Below, piece by piece: positions 9,134 through 17,843 of a DNA stretch of 21,945 bases. A program made the translations under genes and the position numbers. The number at the start of each line of letters is the position of its first letter. The stretch's first letter is position 1. The notes beneath the pieces are model-generated. The model was not told where the DNA came from. It was given only the letters and a program-made list of their open reading frames with translations, and did not search any database. Location of the stretch: contig JAHQXB010000010.1 in NCBI GenBank assembly GCA_029856435.1, positions 1 through 21,945 of the forward strand. The letters are read 5' to 3'. The stretch is from Candidatus Jordarchaeia archaeon (GTDB lineage Archaea; Asgardarchaeota; Jordiarchaeia; Jordiarchaeales; Jordiarchaeaceae).

Positions 9134-9323
9134 TGAAGTTTGCGGTTGCCACAAATTCCTCCCTTCTCTTCCTTTTTTATAGCGAGAGTATCTGCCTCTT
9201 TTTTCAGATGTCAGACCATGATTGTCTCAAGATTGAAATCAGAGAGAAAATTAAATCTTTGTGTGCGCTTCCCATTGATTGGGCAAAAATTTTGCAGTTG
9301 GTGGGTTGAACCATTTTGACTTT

Positions 9324-10292
9324 TTAGTTTTTTGTACTGTTGTGTTGGACGTACAAGTGGTTCATTGTATGTATTTTTGATTCTTTTTGTAGTTTCTTGA
9401 TGGTATCTTTTATGGTTTCTTCATTTTCGTGGTTTTTGGTCTTTTTTGTAATGTCTAGTGCGTCTTCCAGGTATTTGATTGCGTTCATGTAGTTTTTCAG
9501 TTTTGCGTATGTTTCTCCAATTTTTTTGAGGATTTCATATTGTTGTGTGGGGCTTCCAGCTTCTTGGTGGAGATTTAGTGTTTCCTCATAGCATGTTAGT
9601 GCGTTTTCATATTCTTGGAACTGGTAGTACATGTTTCCCATTCCTTGGAGAGCTACTGCTAGATTCTTGCGGTTTCCCGTCTCTTCCATAATTTTGAGTG
9701 CTTCACTAAAACCTATTAGGGCGGCTGAATATTTTTCGAGCTTCACATACATTTTTGCAGCTTGTAGATATCCTTCGCCCTCTTCTTCCCTTCTTCCCAA
9801 GTCTCGGTTGATTCTCACAATTTCTTGGTAGCATCTAAGCGCAGAGTGGTACATTCCGAGATTACTATATGCATTTGCTATCCCTCTGATTATAATCTCC
9901 TCGTCCTTTTGGTTGCCTGTTTCGCGGGCTAGACTAAGAGCTCTTTTGAAGGTTTTTATTACAGATAAGTAGTTACGCAGCAAGAGGTGCATGTACCCTA
10001 TGCCTAGGAGTGTTTCCAACTCTTCCTTTCGGTTGCCCGATTCGCTAACTATTTCCAGTTTTTCCTGTAGGTCTCTTAGCACAGCTTGATAGTCGCCGAT
10101 TCGGTAATGTATATGTCCTATTTCAGTTAGTAGGTTTTGAACCAACTCTGTTTTATTTACTAGTTTTAGAAGGGGGATGGCTTCATTTAGCAGGCTGACT
10201 GCTTTTTCCATCTCAGAATTGTTGTAGGCTTTGAACCCCTCCTCCACTAGTTTCTGAGCCGTAATTTCCAGTGAATTGCCTTCTCGTCCCAT
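9324..10292 (-). CDS. Tetratricopeptide-repeat protein
   Basis: About seven helical repeats with TPR-type spacing, e.g. LGIGYMHLLLRNYLSVIKTFKRALSLARE and GMGNMYYQFQEYENALTCYEETL. Confidence 0.9.
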   Translation of the reverse strand: MGREGNSLEITAQKLVEEGFKAYNNSEMEKAVSLLNEAIPLLKLVNKTELVQNLLTEIGHIHYRIGDYQAVLRDLQEKLEIVSESGNRKEELETLLGIGYMHLLLRNYLSVIKTFKRALSLARETGNQKDEEIIIRGIANAYSNLGMYHSALRCYQEIVRINRDLGRREEEGEGYLQAAKMYVKLEKYSAALIGFSEALKIMEETGNRKNLAVALQGMGNMYYQFQEYENALTCYEETLNLHQEAGSPTQQYEILKKIGETYAKLKNYMNAIKYLEDALDITKKTKNHENEETIKDTIKKLQKESKIHTMNHLYVQHNSTKN

Positions 10293-10569
10293 GTTTTGTC
10301 TCCTTTTTTCCCAAAAGTGGGAATTTTCCCACTTTATAATTAATACCCACCATATTTATAAATTTTTGTATGTGCATATGCTGTGTTGTATAATTTTACT
10401 TTTTTTAGTATATTTATATAATACTTTAATAATTTTTCAAATTAACAATGTAAAATTGCAAAAAATTCAACAAAAGAAACGAATAAAATGAAAAAAGGAA
10501 TTATGCAACACCGCATATGTGCAGGGCCCTGGGACAAAATTGATGTTCCCAACGCGTATCACCCGTAAT

Positions 10570-11300
10570 GTAGTGAAAGAGTATTGTTTTCCGTTGCAGA
10601 TACGACCTCTAAAGACGAAAAAAGGCTAAAAAGACAAAACCAATTTCGTCCAAGCCTATGTGCAGAATACACTTACAAGGAATTTGGAGCTGGATAGAAT
10701 ACAACCAATCAAAAAAGTAGTGACGGGAACGAGGGGGCGGGTACATGCTTTTTTGAATTTTGACTACGTTTGAACCATTTCTACATATTTTCAATACGCG
10801 TTCAATCCTAGATCCAAAATACAGAAAGCTAGTAAATTGATTAGAAAAAGATACAATAATAAACTTGAAAAATAGGGGGTATTAGCATTCCAAACTGGAC
10901 AGTAAACCAAAACGAGGCAAAAAGGTATGCCAATATGCTGCTCAGTGTGAAAGCAACGACAATTAACTTTTCCTAGTTTAACCCTTGAAATATAAAGGAT
11001 TTGATTTCTTCACGTACCTTCCCAAATTTTTCGAATCCCTTAACATCTTTAAAAGGACGAGTAAAAGGGGCTGCCTACACGACAATCACTACAAGGGGTA
11101 AAGAAATAAAGAGGAGCGCCACTATAAACACCGTTGTACCGGTAAAAACTGGAATCACCAGTCGCTACCCCATTTCATCCCAAAAGAAGTGTATTCAAAC
11201 AATCCATAACCTGTGAAAAAACTGAATGAGTAACTTAAAATAAAAAGTAAAAGTGCTGGCAACAAATAACGGTACTGAAGAGAGTACACCGTTGTGGGAT
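10570..11300 (-). pseudogene. Decayed multi-pass membrane protein gene
   Basis: Manual translation gives consecutive hydrophobic fragments broken by stops and frameshifts: VPLFVASTFTFYFKLLIQFF; LVIPVFTGTTVFIVALLFISLPLVVIVV*; EKLIVVAFTLSSILAYLFASFWFTVQFGMLI. It begins right after the IS607 right end. Boundaries are approximate. Confidence 0.5.
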
Positions 11301-11312
11301 TCCTAGATTTTC

Positions 11313-11440
11313 ATCCCTTCCCTCTCACCTCTATTATTAGAGGCTCATGGAAGGCTTCCGCCGCCAGCGGTAAAGGGCGGCACATGGGGGTTTGGCGGCT
11401 GTGTTCCATGCGGCTGCTGGGTGCCTGTCCGCTTATAAGC
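11313..11440 (-). ncRNA. Putative TnpB omega-RNA (right-end RNA) of the IS607 element
   Basis: Overlaps the tnpB 3' end. Hairpins GCCGCC/GGCGGC and CCTCTA-ATAA-TAGAGG, the second enclosed by CCTTCC/GGAAGG. The location matches established TnpB omega-RNA organisation. Confidence 0.65.
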
Positions 11441-12447
11441 CGCATCTCTTACATTTGAAGACATACACATTCGGCTTATTCAACTCGCCACACATCGGGT
11501 ATGTCTTGGGGGTGTTTTTGGAATTAATGAACTTGGGGCTGAAACCATTTTCCACAGACATATGAAATGTGGGATTTAATCTTTCTAAACGGTATGTCGT
11601 GAAGCCTCCTATTCATTTTCCTGCCGTATCGTATTTTCTTCCTAATGTTAGTGAGCTTCTCCATTGCGGGCTTAACGTTCTCCTCGGCGATTATTTGAGT
11701 TAATAATCCTTGAAGCTTTGTGGAGTATATCACTTACCCGCCTCTTCTCCCTCCCAGAATATTTCGCCAGTAGCTCAGCCTCCGTCTTCCCCGACTTTTT
11801 GCTCTGTATGTTCCACCTCTTCTTGAAGTACCTGGTGTATTTCGCTTCGCTTACGTCTATCTTGGCGAATCTAACCTTATCAGGCTTAACTACAGCTAGG
11901 TCCACGCTCCTCTCGTTGACATCTATGCCAAACACGCCTTCAGGCTTTCTCTTCAACCACCTTTTTGAAGGTCGCGTGCAGGAAGAGATTGTCACCTCTT
12001 CTCACAAGCCTTGAGCCCTTAACCTGCCGCTCCGCGAACTTCTTGGAATATTCATGAACCTCAAAGGGCAACACTATATGCTCCTTATGTGTAGCCAGCT
12101 TCAGGCTTCCCCAGCTAAACTAGGAATGGTGCGTATCATCTAGAAGAATGGGGTTTAGGTTTTCAGCTTTTGGCGGGCTAACCTTCTTCCTCTTCCTCTT
12201 CCAAGTCTCCTATAAGGCTTGAATATCGCTAGAGCCTGCGTCATAGCCGTATAGATGTAATGAGATGGGCGCTTCACTCTTAATTCCTTGTAAACAGTTT
12301 CGTGAAGTTTCCTCCTAGAGGTTACGCCTAGGCGTGTGGCCTTATCAAAGATATGCCCTGGCCATTTTGGAGTAGGCCTTAAAAAAGCTCATCAGGCGCT
12401 ATTGCTTGTTCCTCTTTTAGGTTGAGGTTTAAATCTACGTGTCTCAT
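11337..12447 (-). pseudogene. tnpB: TnpB RNA-guided nuclease pseudogene
   Basis: Fragments recovered across frames: RuvC-I GVFGIDVN, RuvC-II region AMEKLTNIR, zinc finger remnant YPMCG...CKRCG, RuvC-III ADRHPAAAWN. I count about six frameshifts and two in-frame stops. Confidence 0.92.
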
Positions 12448-13076
12448 TCAGCAATAAGCTGTTTGACACCTTCAACCACCTTTTCGTACTTATGGCTTCT
12501 CGTCCCGTAGAGCTTTCCTGCAAGGCTTGAAACTAAGGCTATTAGATCCTCTACAAGCTCCTGATGAGCGTCTTTAGGTTCATCGCCGTTGACAACCTCT
12601 ATTCTAACCCCACGAGAGGCGAAATAACGCTCTAAATATTTGAAGCCGAACCTTGTAAGCCTATCCTTAAATCTGACTACAATCACTCCAATCTCCCGTG
12701 TCTCAACCATGTCGAAGAGCTTGTTCAGAGATCTTCTATTCTCGTTAGGCCCGCTGGCGACGTCCTCTAGAACCGAGACGACCTCATAACCTTTTGATTT
12801 GGCGTATTCTAATAAACTCTCTTTCTGCCTCTCCAAGTCGCCTTTTTGCTTTTGATCGTAAGAAGAAACTCTAGCATATATTACGGTTTTCCTGCCTACA
12901 TCTATCTCCTTTATTCCGAGAATGCGCTTTATTTCGCTTTCAGGTATCCTCCTCCTACCTCCAACCGTCCTAACGCACCTTATCTTCCCCTCTTTATCCC
13001 AAATCTGGAGGCACCTAACGCTAACTCCAAGAATTTCGCTGGCCTCTTTCATCGTATAATGTTTCTCTAAGCTCAT
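12444..13076 (-). CDS. tnpA: IS607-family transposase TnpA (MerR-type HTH plus serine recombinase)
   Basis: HTH YTMKEASEILGVSVRCLQIWDKEGKI, catalytic IYARVSS, EDVASG and DRLTRFG. Uninterrupted 210 aa. Confidence 0.96.
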   Translation of the reverse strand: MSLEKHYTMKEASEILGVSVRCLQIWDKEGKIRCVRTVGGRRRIPESEIKRILGIKEIDVGRKTVIYARVSSYDQKQKGDLERQKESLLEYAKSKGYEVVSVLEDVASGPNENRRSLNKLFDMVETREIGVIVVRFKDRLTRFGFKYLERYFASRGVRIEVVNGDEPKDAHQELVEDLIALVSSLAGKLYGTRSHKYEKVVEGVKQLIAE

Positions 13077-13350
13077 TGAGATAAACTTTTATAAACGTCT
13101 AATACAAACCTATTTATTTGGAAACAGTAAAAGAATTATTACCTAAAAACCAAAAGAATTTTTGGGCGTGCTCAGCTGGATAAAAAAAGAGAAAAACCCT
13201 TTTAGGAGGATACTGGGGATTCCTTTTCCAAAAGCATGTTTGTCTTCCTGAGGATTTAAATAGTATTTGAGTAAAACATTTTTCTATCCTCTAGTTATTC
13301 TTTCAATTGTTATGTTTTTATAATTAGTTAAAATCCATATCCACACAAAC

Positions 13351-13626
13351 TTAGCCTTTCTTGTTTATTTTTGGATCTTTGTCCGCTGACTTTTGAGAAT
13401 CCTTTGCTTCCAGTAGTTTTTTGACTTCCTCGTATTCAAATGGACACCGGTTTCTCACCAAGAAGTCGTAGTGTTTTTTGTATCTCCAGTGGGATTTCCC
13501 CCTAGTGAATGCTGAGGCCCATTCTAGTATGTGCTTAGCCTCGTTGCCGATGCCCTTTATGCGTTTACCGCACACTCGACAGAAATAAGGCAGAACCACC
13601 ACTTCCCACTTATGGAGAATTTGCAT
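13351..13626 (-). CDS. Small hypothetical protein with a C2H2-like zinc-finger start
   Basis: YFCRVCGKRIKGIGNEAKH fits CxxC-x12-H. The start codon is uncertain and may be a GTG near 13600. Confidence 0.6.
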   Translation of the reverse strand: MQILHKWEVVVLPYFCRVCGKRIKGIGNEAKHILEWASAFTRGKSHWRYKKHYDFLVRNRCPFEYEEVKKLLEAKDSQKSADKDPKINKKG

Positions 13627-13834
13627 TTCCAGGTAGCAGGCTTATCTGTATATCTTTCTTGAAGTTAATTGTTTATTCCATTTAAATAGGATCTTTTCCT
13701 CATCCAGCGAAGCTTACTTGGATTAAACCATATGGTTCCTTCTATGATTTAGGTTTCTATGCAGTTCCCACTTTTAATATTTATGGTGTATTTTTCGGCA
13801 CAATTAATTTGGTGTCCTGCTGCGTGTTGTTTGT

Positions 13835-13980
13835 TTTTCGGCTTTCATCATCCCTTGGTGTGCCCTTTTCGGCTTTTTTGCCCTCGTAGAATAACTCAAA
13901 ATGGGCTTCAATCCGGGGAACGCAGGACACGAAACAAACGCATACCCAAAAGGCGACGCCCAATTAACTGTGCCTATTTT
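13835..13980 (-). other. Omega-RNA-like / tnpB right-end remnant without tnpB (orphan locus D)
   Basis: Shares AATTGGG, CGTTCCCCGG-N4-AAGCC and GAGGG with locus A, in the same order. Shares AGGCAC and AAGGGATGA with the IS607 right end. Confidence 0.45.
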
Positions 13981-14138
13981 TTCGACTCAAGATGAATTGT
14001 AATTTTTTGATGGCATCATGCTTTTTGAAGTTTATGGGTGAGCTTTTTTGGTTTCCATTTTTAAAAAAGGGTTGGGAGAGGAAAAATTTCCGAGTAGCCA
14101 AACACTCAGGATAAATGCGGGTTATGTTGATCTCCTAT

Positions 14139-14924
14139 TTATTTTCCTTTAAATATGGGTTTCCTTTTTTCTTTTATGGCTTTTAACGCTTCGTTATGGT
14201 CTTCAGTTTGGAATAGTAGTGTTTGCTGTAGGGCGACATATTCTAGTTCTTCTTTGAGTTGGGGTATTATTCTTCTGTTTAGTGCATTCTTTGTTGCGGC
14301 TATTGCTCTTGTGGCTCCTTGTGCCAGTCTTTGTGCTAGGGCTTCTGCCTCCTCTTGCAGTTTGTCTTCTGGTACACACTTGTTTACCAGTCCTATGCGC
14401 TCCGCCTCTCTACCTTCAATATCATCACCTGTAAACAGGAGTTCGCTGGCTCTTCCCAAGCCCACGAGGAGTGGAAGCATATAGGTGTCTCCGTCTCCGG
14501 GCATTATACCTATTCTCACAAATCTTTCACTGAACACCGCTTTTTCGGAAGCAATTCTAATATCGCAGGCTAAAGCTAAGCCGCACCCAATACCCAGAGC
14601 ATAACCATTGACGGCGGCTATTACTGGTTTTTCTAAGCTTCTAACAGCAATTATCAGCCTCTCTACGAAGGAACGCATAAAATTTATGGAGTCAAATGGG
14701 CTGGGTCGTGCTCCTAGCTCTGTGAGTTCAGCTCCGGAGCAGAAGGCGCGACCAGCGCCTGTAATTATGACTGCTCTCACCTCATCATCTATATCAATTC
14801 CATCTAGTGCGTCGACCAATTCGTCTACCATCTGGAAATTCATGGCGTTCAACTTATCAGGCCTATTAAGGATAATTTTGCCTACACCATTTTTCTTTTC
14901 ATAAATTATGGTTTCGTAACCCAA
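14139..14924 (-). CDS. Enoyl-CoA hydratase/isomerase (crotonase) family protein
   Basis: LNRPDKLNAM, GRAFCSGAEL, KPVIAAVNGYALGIG and C-terminal KEKRKPIFKGK. The TTG at 14924, preceded by GGAGG, is preferred over the GTG at 14939. Confidence 0.94.
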   Translation of the reverse strand: MGYETIIYEKKNGVGKIILNRPDKLNAMNFQMVDELVDALDGIDIDDEVRAVIITGAGRAFCSGAELTELGARPSPFDSINFMRSFVERLIIAVRSLEKPVIAAVNGYALGIGCGLALACDIRIASEKAVFSERFVRIGIMPGDGDTYMLPLLVGLGRASELLFTGDDIEGREAERIGLVNKCVPEDKLQEEAEALAQRLAQGATRAIAATKNALNRRIIPQLKEELEYVALQQTLLFQTEDHNEALKAIKEKRKPIFKGK

Positions 14925-15024
14925 ACATAACGCCTCCACTAAACGATTATTAAAACTGTTATGGCATTAAACCTTTTAAAATAAACCCCAAAAATAACCT
15001 TAAAAACTACTAAAATTGTATGTA

Positions 15025-15190
15025 TTTAGCTTATGTGAGCTGATCTGGTTTTATATGCTTCCTTTCCCTGAAAGGAGGGCCCTTTTGGGTTCTTTTCCGG
15101 AGCGGGAGACATTAGCCGAAGTCTAAATAAGCTTCCTTCGGGGTTTTAGAGCCCCAGCATCCGTTACTCGATCACGACAGCTGGACACAT
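15025..15190 (-). ncRNA. Candidate structured RNA with its own TATA-like box (orphan locus B)
   Basis: GC-rich island with no ORF. TTTATTTAAA at 15203-15212. Stems GGGG/CCCC, CCGAAG/CTTCGG, CCC-AAAA-GGG and CCCT/AGGG. The loop AGCTTAT is complementary to downstream ATAAGCT. Confidence 0.45.
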
Positions 15191-15481
15191 ACGCTTAAGC
15201 GCTTTAAATAAAGAATGAAAACCTCAAGTTTTTCATAACAAACCCTCATACCTAAAATTTTTAAACAATATAAATAAAAAAGCCGAATTGGTACACCAAT
15301 TGCAGAAAATGTGGCTTACAAGAAAACTTACAACTACTCTTCACTTAGAGCATTGTGGTTTAGCTTCTAATTGGGTACTTTATCATTGCTCTTTAAAGGC
15401 CTTAAATTAGCTTCCTGCGGTGGAGATATGAGGGAGGATTGAATATGAATCCGTCTGTGAATTCCAAAACGGCTGAACTTT

Positions 15482-15880
15482 TTAAAATTGGTCTTGAATA
15501 ACTGTTACTGTTTCTTCGCTTAGGTGTTCTATTAGCTCCTCTAGGACTGAGAACAATTTCGAGGCAATAATTTTCTTGTTGTGTAGTATCATTTCCTGTA
15601 TTGCGATGGCCAATCCGTCTGCTCTCTTCGAGAATTTGATTTTTCCCATGTCATGAAGAACCCACAGTACACATATTAGCTTGCGTTCCTCATCAGTTAC
15701 CACATCTACCTGATTTTGGATCACATTTTTTAATCGTCCCATTAGTGCTTTGGCGGAATAGGTGGTTATTATCTCGCAGAGTTCGCTGATTTCCAGAATT
15801 TTTTCTCGAAGTCTTGAATTTGCATTGTTCAGGTATACTTGAAGTTCTGAAAGTTTTACCGTCAAGAACCCATTCACCAA
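15482..15880 (-). CDS. Hypothetical helical protein
   Basis: 132 aa ORF with protein-like composition and an AT-rich TATA-like region upstream. No family recognised. Confidence 0.65.
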   Translation of the reverse strand: MVNGFLTVKLSELQVYLNNANSRLREKILEISELCEIITTYSAKALMGRLKNVIQNQVDVVTDEERKLICVLWVLHDMGKIKFSKRADGLAIAIQEMILHNKKIIASKLFSVLEELIEHLSEETVTVIQDQF

Positions 15881-16023
15881 AATAAACTCTAATATATCTA
15901 TATATTTTTTACATTTATAAGTTTAATAGTTGAGCATTTCCAGCAATTTCTTTGACATTTTTTACACCAAATGTGTGGAAAAGGTGCTGCAGAGAGCTTT
16001 GTAAAATGTTTAGGCAAGTTTTT

Positions 16024-16872
16024 CTATTTTACTTGTGGCTTTTTCTGGAGTTGGGTTAGTTTTTCAATCATGGTTTCTTTATATTTTGGCATTTCTACTT
16101 TTCTGAAATTTTTTGGGTCGATCTTTTCTCGAATCAGTTTTAGCTGTTCTTTTGTGGGTGGCTCTGTTTCGGGAACTTTGTCTGGAATAATTAGTTTGAA
16201 GCCCGTATTTTTAACCACCTCTTCAACCGATATCCCCGGGTGAATTGATTCCAGTTGCAACTGCTTGTGTTTATTTTTAAAATTCATTACTGCCAAATTG
16301 GAAATAACCTTAGTTGGCCCCTGAGATTGAATATTTAGTCTTTTTCTCCATTGGCCATTTTCAAGATGGCCGGCTCCGGTAATGTAGTCCACCTTTTCTA
16401 CAAAAACTCGGGTGTCGTGATGGGGAGCATAGTACACTATTCTATCTGCAAGAACTAGTAGGTCAGCGGTGCCCACACCTCCACTAAATCTAATAGTGGG
16501 TTTGGTGCGGTCTCCTATTAGGGACATATTTGCATTTCCCAATTTGTCTATCTGGGCGGGTCTAAGAAACATCAGGTCTATACCATTTCTCTGTTGTAGG
16601 TTCCAAAACTCGCCAATACTTAGAGTGCCGGAGACAGTTCCCAAAAAACTCTCAGGCTTAACCATAGCTTGTGACATGTCCTGAATGATGGGATTAACTC
16701 CTAAAAAGTATAGATGGTTTGCGTTTGGAGCGTGAGTTTCCCGAGCAAGCATGATAGCGGCCCCAGCTAAGGGAGTGGTTATACCCTGAAAAACTAAATC
16801 CCCGTCCCTGATCTCTCGAGACATGGCAACTATCATTAACTCGTCAACAGTGTAATCCTCAGCATATTCCAA
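16024..16872 (-). CDS. CoA-transferase family I beta subunit (GctB-like fold)
   Basis: YTVDELMIVAMSREIRDGD, AQIDKLGNAN, RFSGGVG, VFVEKVDYIT and VVKNTGF follow the GctB pattern. The usual catalytic Glu appears to be absent. Confidence 0.9.
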   Translation of the reverse strand: MEYAEDYTVDELMIVAMSREIRDGDLVFQGITTPLAGAAIMLARETHAPNANHLYFLGVNPIIQDMSQAMVKPESFLGTVSGTLSIGEFWNLQQRNGIDLMFLRPAQIDKLGNANMSLIGDRTKPTIRFSGGVGTADLLVLADRIVYYAPHHDTRVFVEKVDYITGAGHLENGQWRKRLNIQSQGPTKVISNLAVMNFKNKHKQLQLESIHPGISVEEVVKNTGFKLIIPDKVPETEPPTKEQLKLIREKIDPKNFRKVEMPKYKETMIEKLTQLQKKPQVK

Positions 16873-16875
16873 GAC

Positions 16876-17730
16876 TCAGCACCTCCCCACCAATTTTAGA
16901 TATGCCTCGTGTCCATTTGGCTGATAAACATATTTCTCTAAATACTCTTGGAATGTCTGGGGGTCGTTTGAAGCCCTCATGTACTCCATTAAATGCCCTA
17001 CATCTTGGTCATAGAGGGGATAGAAAGCCATAGGATGGGCACCTTGAGGCGCTTCCACTACAGCATCAACTTCGTAGCTGAACAGTATAGTTTTATCAAA
17101 GTTTTTTCTTATATCCTCGGTGCTAACTATCCTTTCCACGGTAGCTATGAGCAATTTACCAGACCTTGCAAGGGAAACATCATAATCAATAGTACTCTCA
17201 GTGGGCAAGTAGGCTTGGACATTGCCATAACAGTCGGCCTGAAGCTGGTGTACCACGCAAACATCCAAATCGAAAGCTGGAACCGCCAACAATTCTTTAC
17301 CAGTGTAGGGGCAACTTATGGTTTTAAATCCTAGGTCTTTTACAATATCGCTGCCAAAACCTCCCCTCATAGGCAGGAAAGGTAAACCCATAACCGCAGC
17401 CCTTAAGGCTGAAGCAAAACCAAGAATATCGTACTCATTAATTTTAATTAGCCCCTTCTCCGCAGCTCTCCTGAAATTTAGCGCAAGTCCCAATTGTCCC
17501 ATACCCAGATAAGTGTAGTTGACACTCTGCACGCATCTTGCACCGATTAACATATCAAGATCTATATTCGCATTTAGAGAGTAGGCGTCCAAATTCTTTT
17601 TTCCAGCCTTTATCAAACCTCTGATAAAAGCCATCGGGCGACGGAAAAACATAAACCCCCCGAATCCTATCGAGGAAGCGTCCTCTACTAGCTCAACAGC
17701 CTCTTCCAACTTCATTAGTTTATCCTTCAT
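16876..17730 (-). CDS. CoA-transferase family I alpha subunit (GctA/IpdA-like fold)
   Basis: KLMKLEEAV, RRPMAFIR, GLPFLPMRGGFGSD, QADCYGN and VVEAPQGAHP. The ATG at 17730 follows GAGGAG. Confidence 0.9.
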   Translation of the reverse strand: MKDKLMKLEEAVELVEDASSIGFGGFMFFRRPMAFIRGLIKAGKKNLDAYSLNANIDLDMLIGARCVQSVNYTYLGMGQLGLALNFRRAAEKGLIKINEYDILGFASALRAAVMGLPFLPMRGGFGSDIVKDLGFKTISCPYTGKELLAVPAFDLDVCVVHQLQADCYGNVQAYLPTESTIDYDVSLARSGKLLIATVERIVSTEDIRKNFDKTILFSYEVDAVVEAPQGAHPMAFYPLYDQDVGHLMEYMRASNDPQTFQEYLEKYVYQPNGHEAYLKLVGRC

Positions 17731-17843
17731 TTCAAATCTCCTCAACACAAGACAGCCATTAAAAATGGGAAAATAAGTTCTTATCGCAAAAATTTGCTCG
17801 CAACCTTGCTTTTCATCCCTTATCGCTATAAACTTTTTAATCT

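Larger units (their letters stand above)
11313..13130 (-). mobile_element. IS607-family insertion sequence (tnpA intact, tnpB pseudogene)
   Basis: A serine-recombinase tnpA is followed by tnpB remnants with an ATGA overlap at 12444-12447. Element ends are approximate. Confidence 0.9.

Noticed and set aside
10500-10610. Small hairpins and ATGTGC...GTTCCC on the plus strand as another omega-like copy
   Set aside because: The spacing does not match the other loci, and the region overlaps the tail of the decayed membrane gene.
11672-11995. ORFs 11672-11995 and 11524-11733 as separate genes
   Set aside because: They are in-frame fragments of the tnpB pseudogene.
13759-13995. ORFs 13759-13995 (+) and 13781-13963 (-)
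   Set aside because: No recognisable protein features. The region is better explained by locus D.
15060-15145. Moco-riboswitch-like appearance of locus B
   Set aside because: CGAAGGAAG...GACTTCG and CTCCCG...GGAAA recall the moaA leader, but the downstream gene is a crotonase and the other conserved Moco elements were not found.
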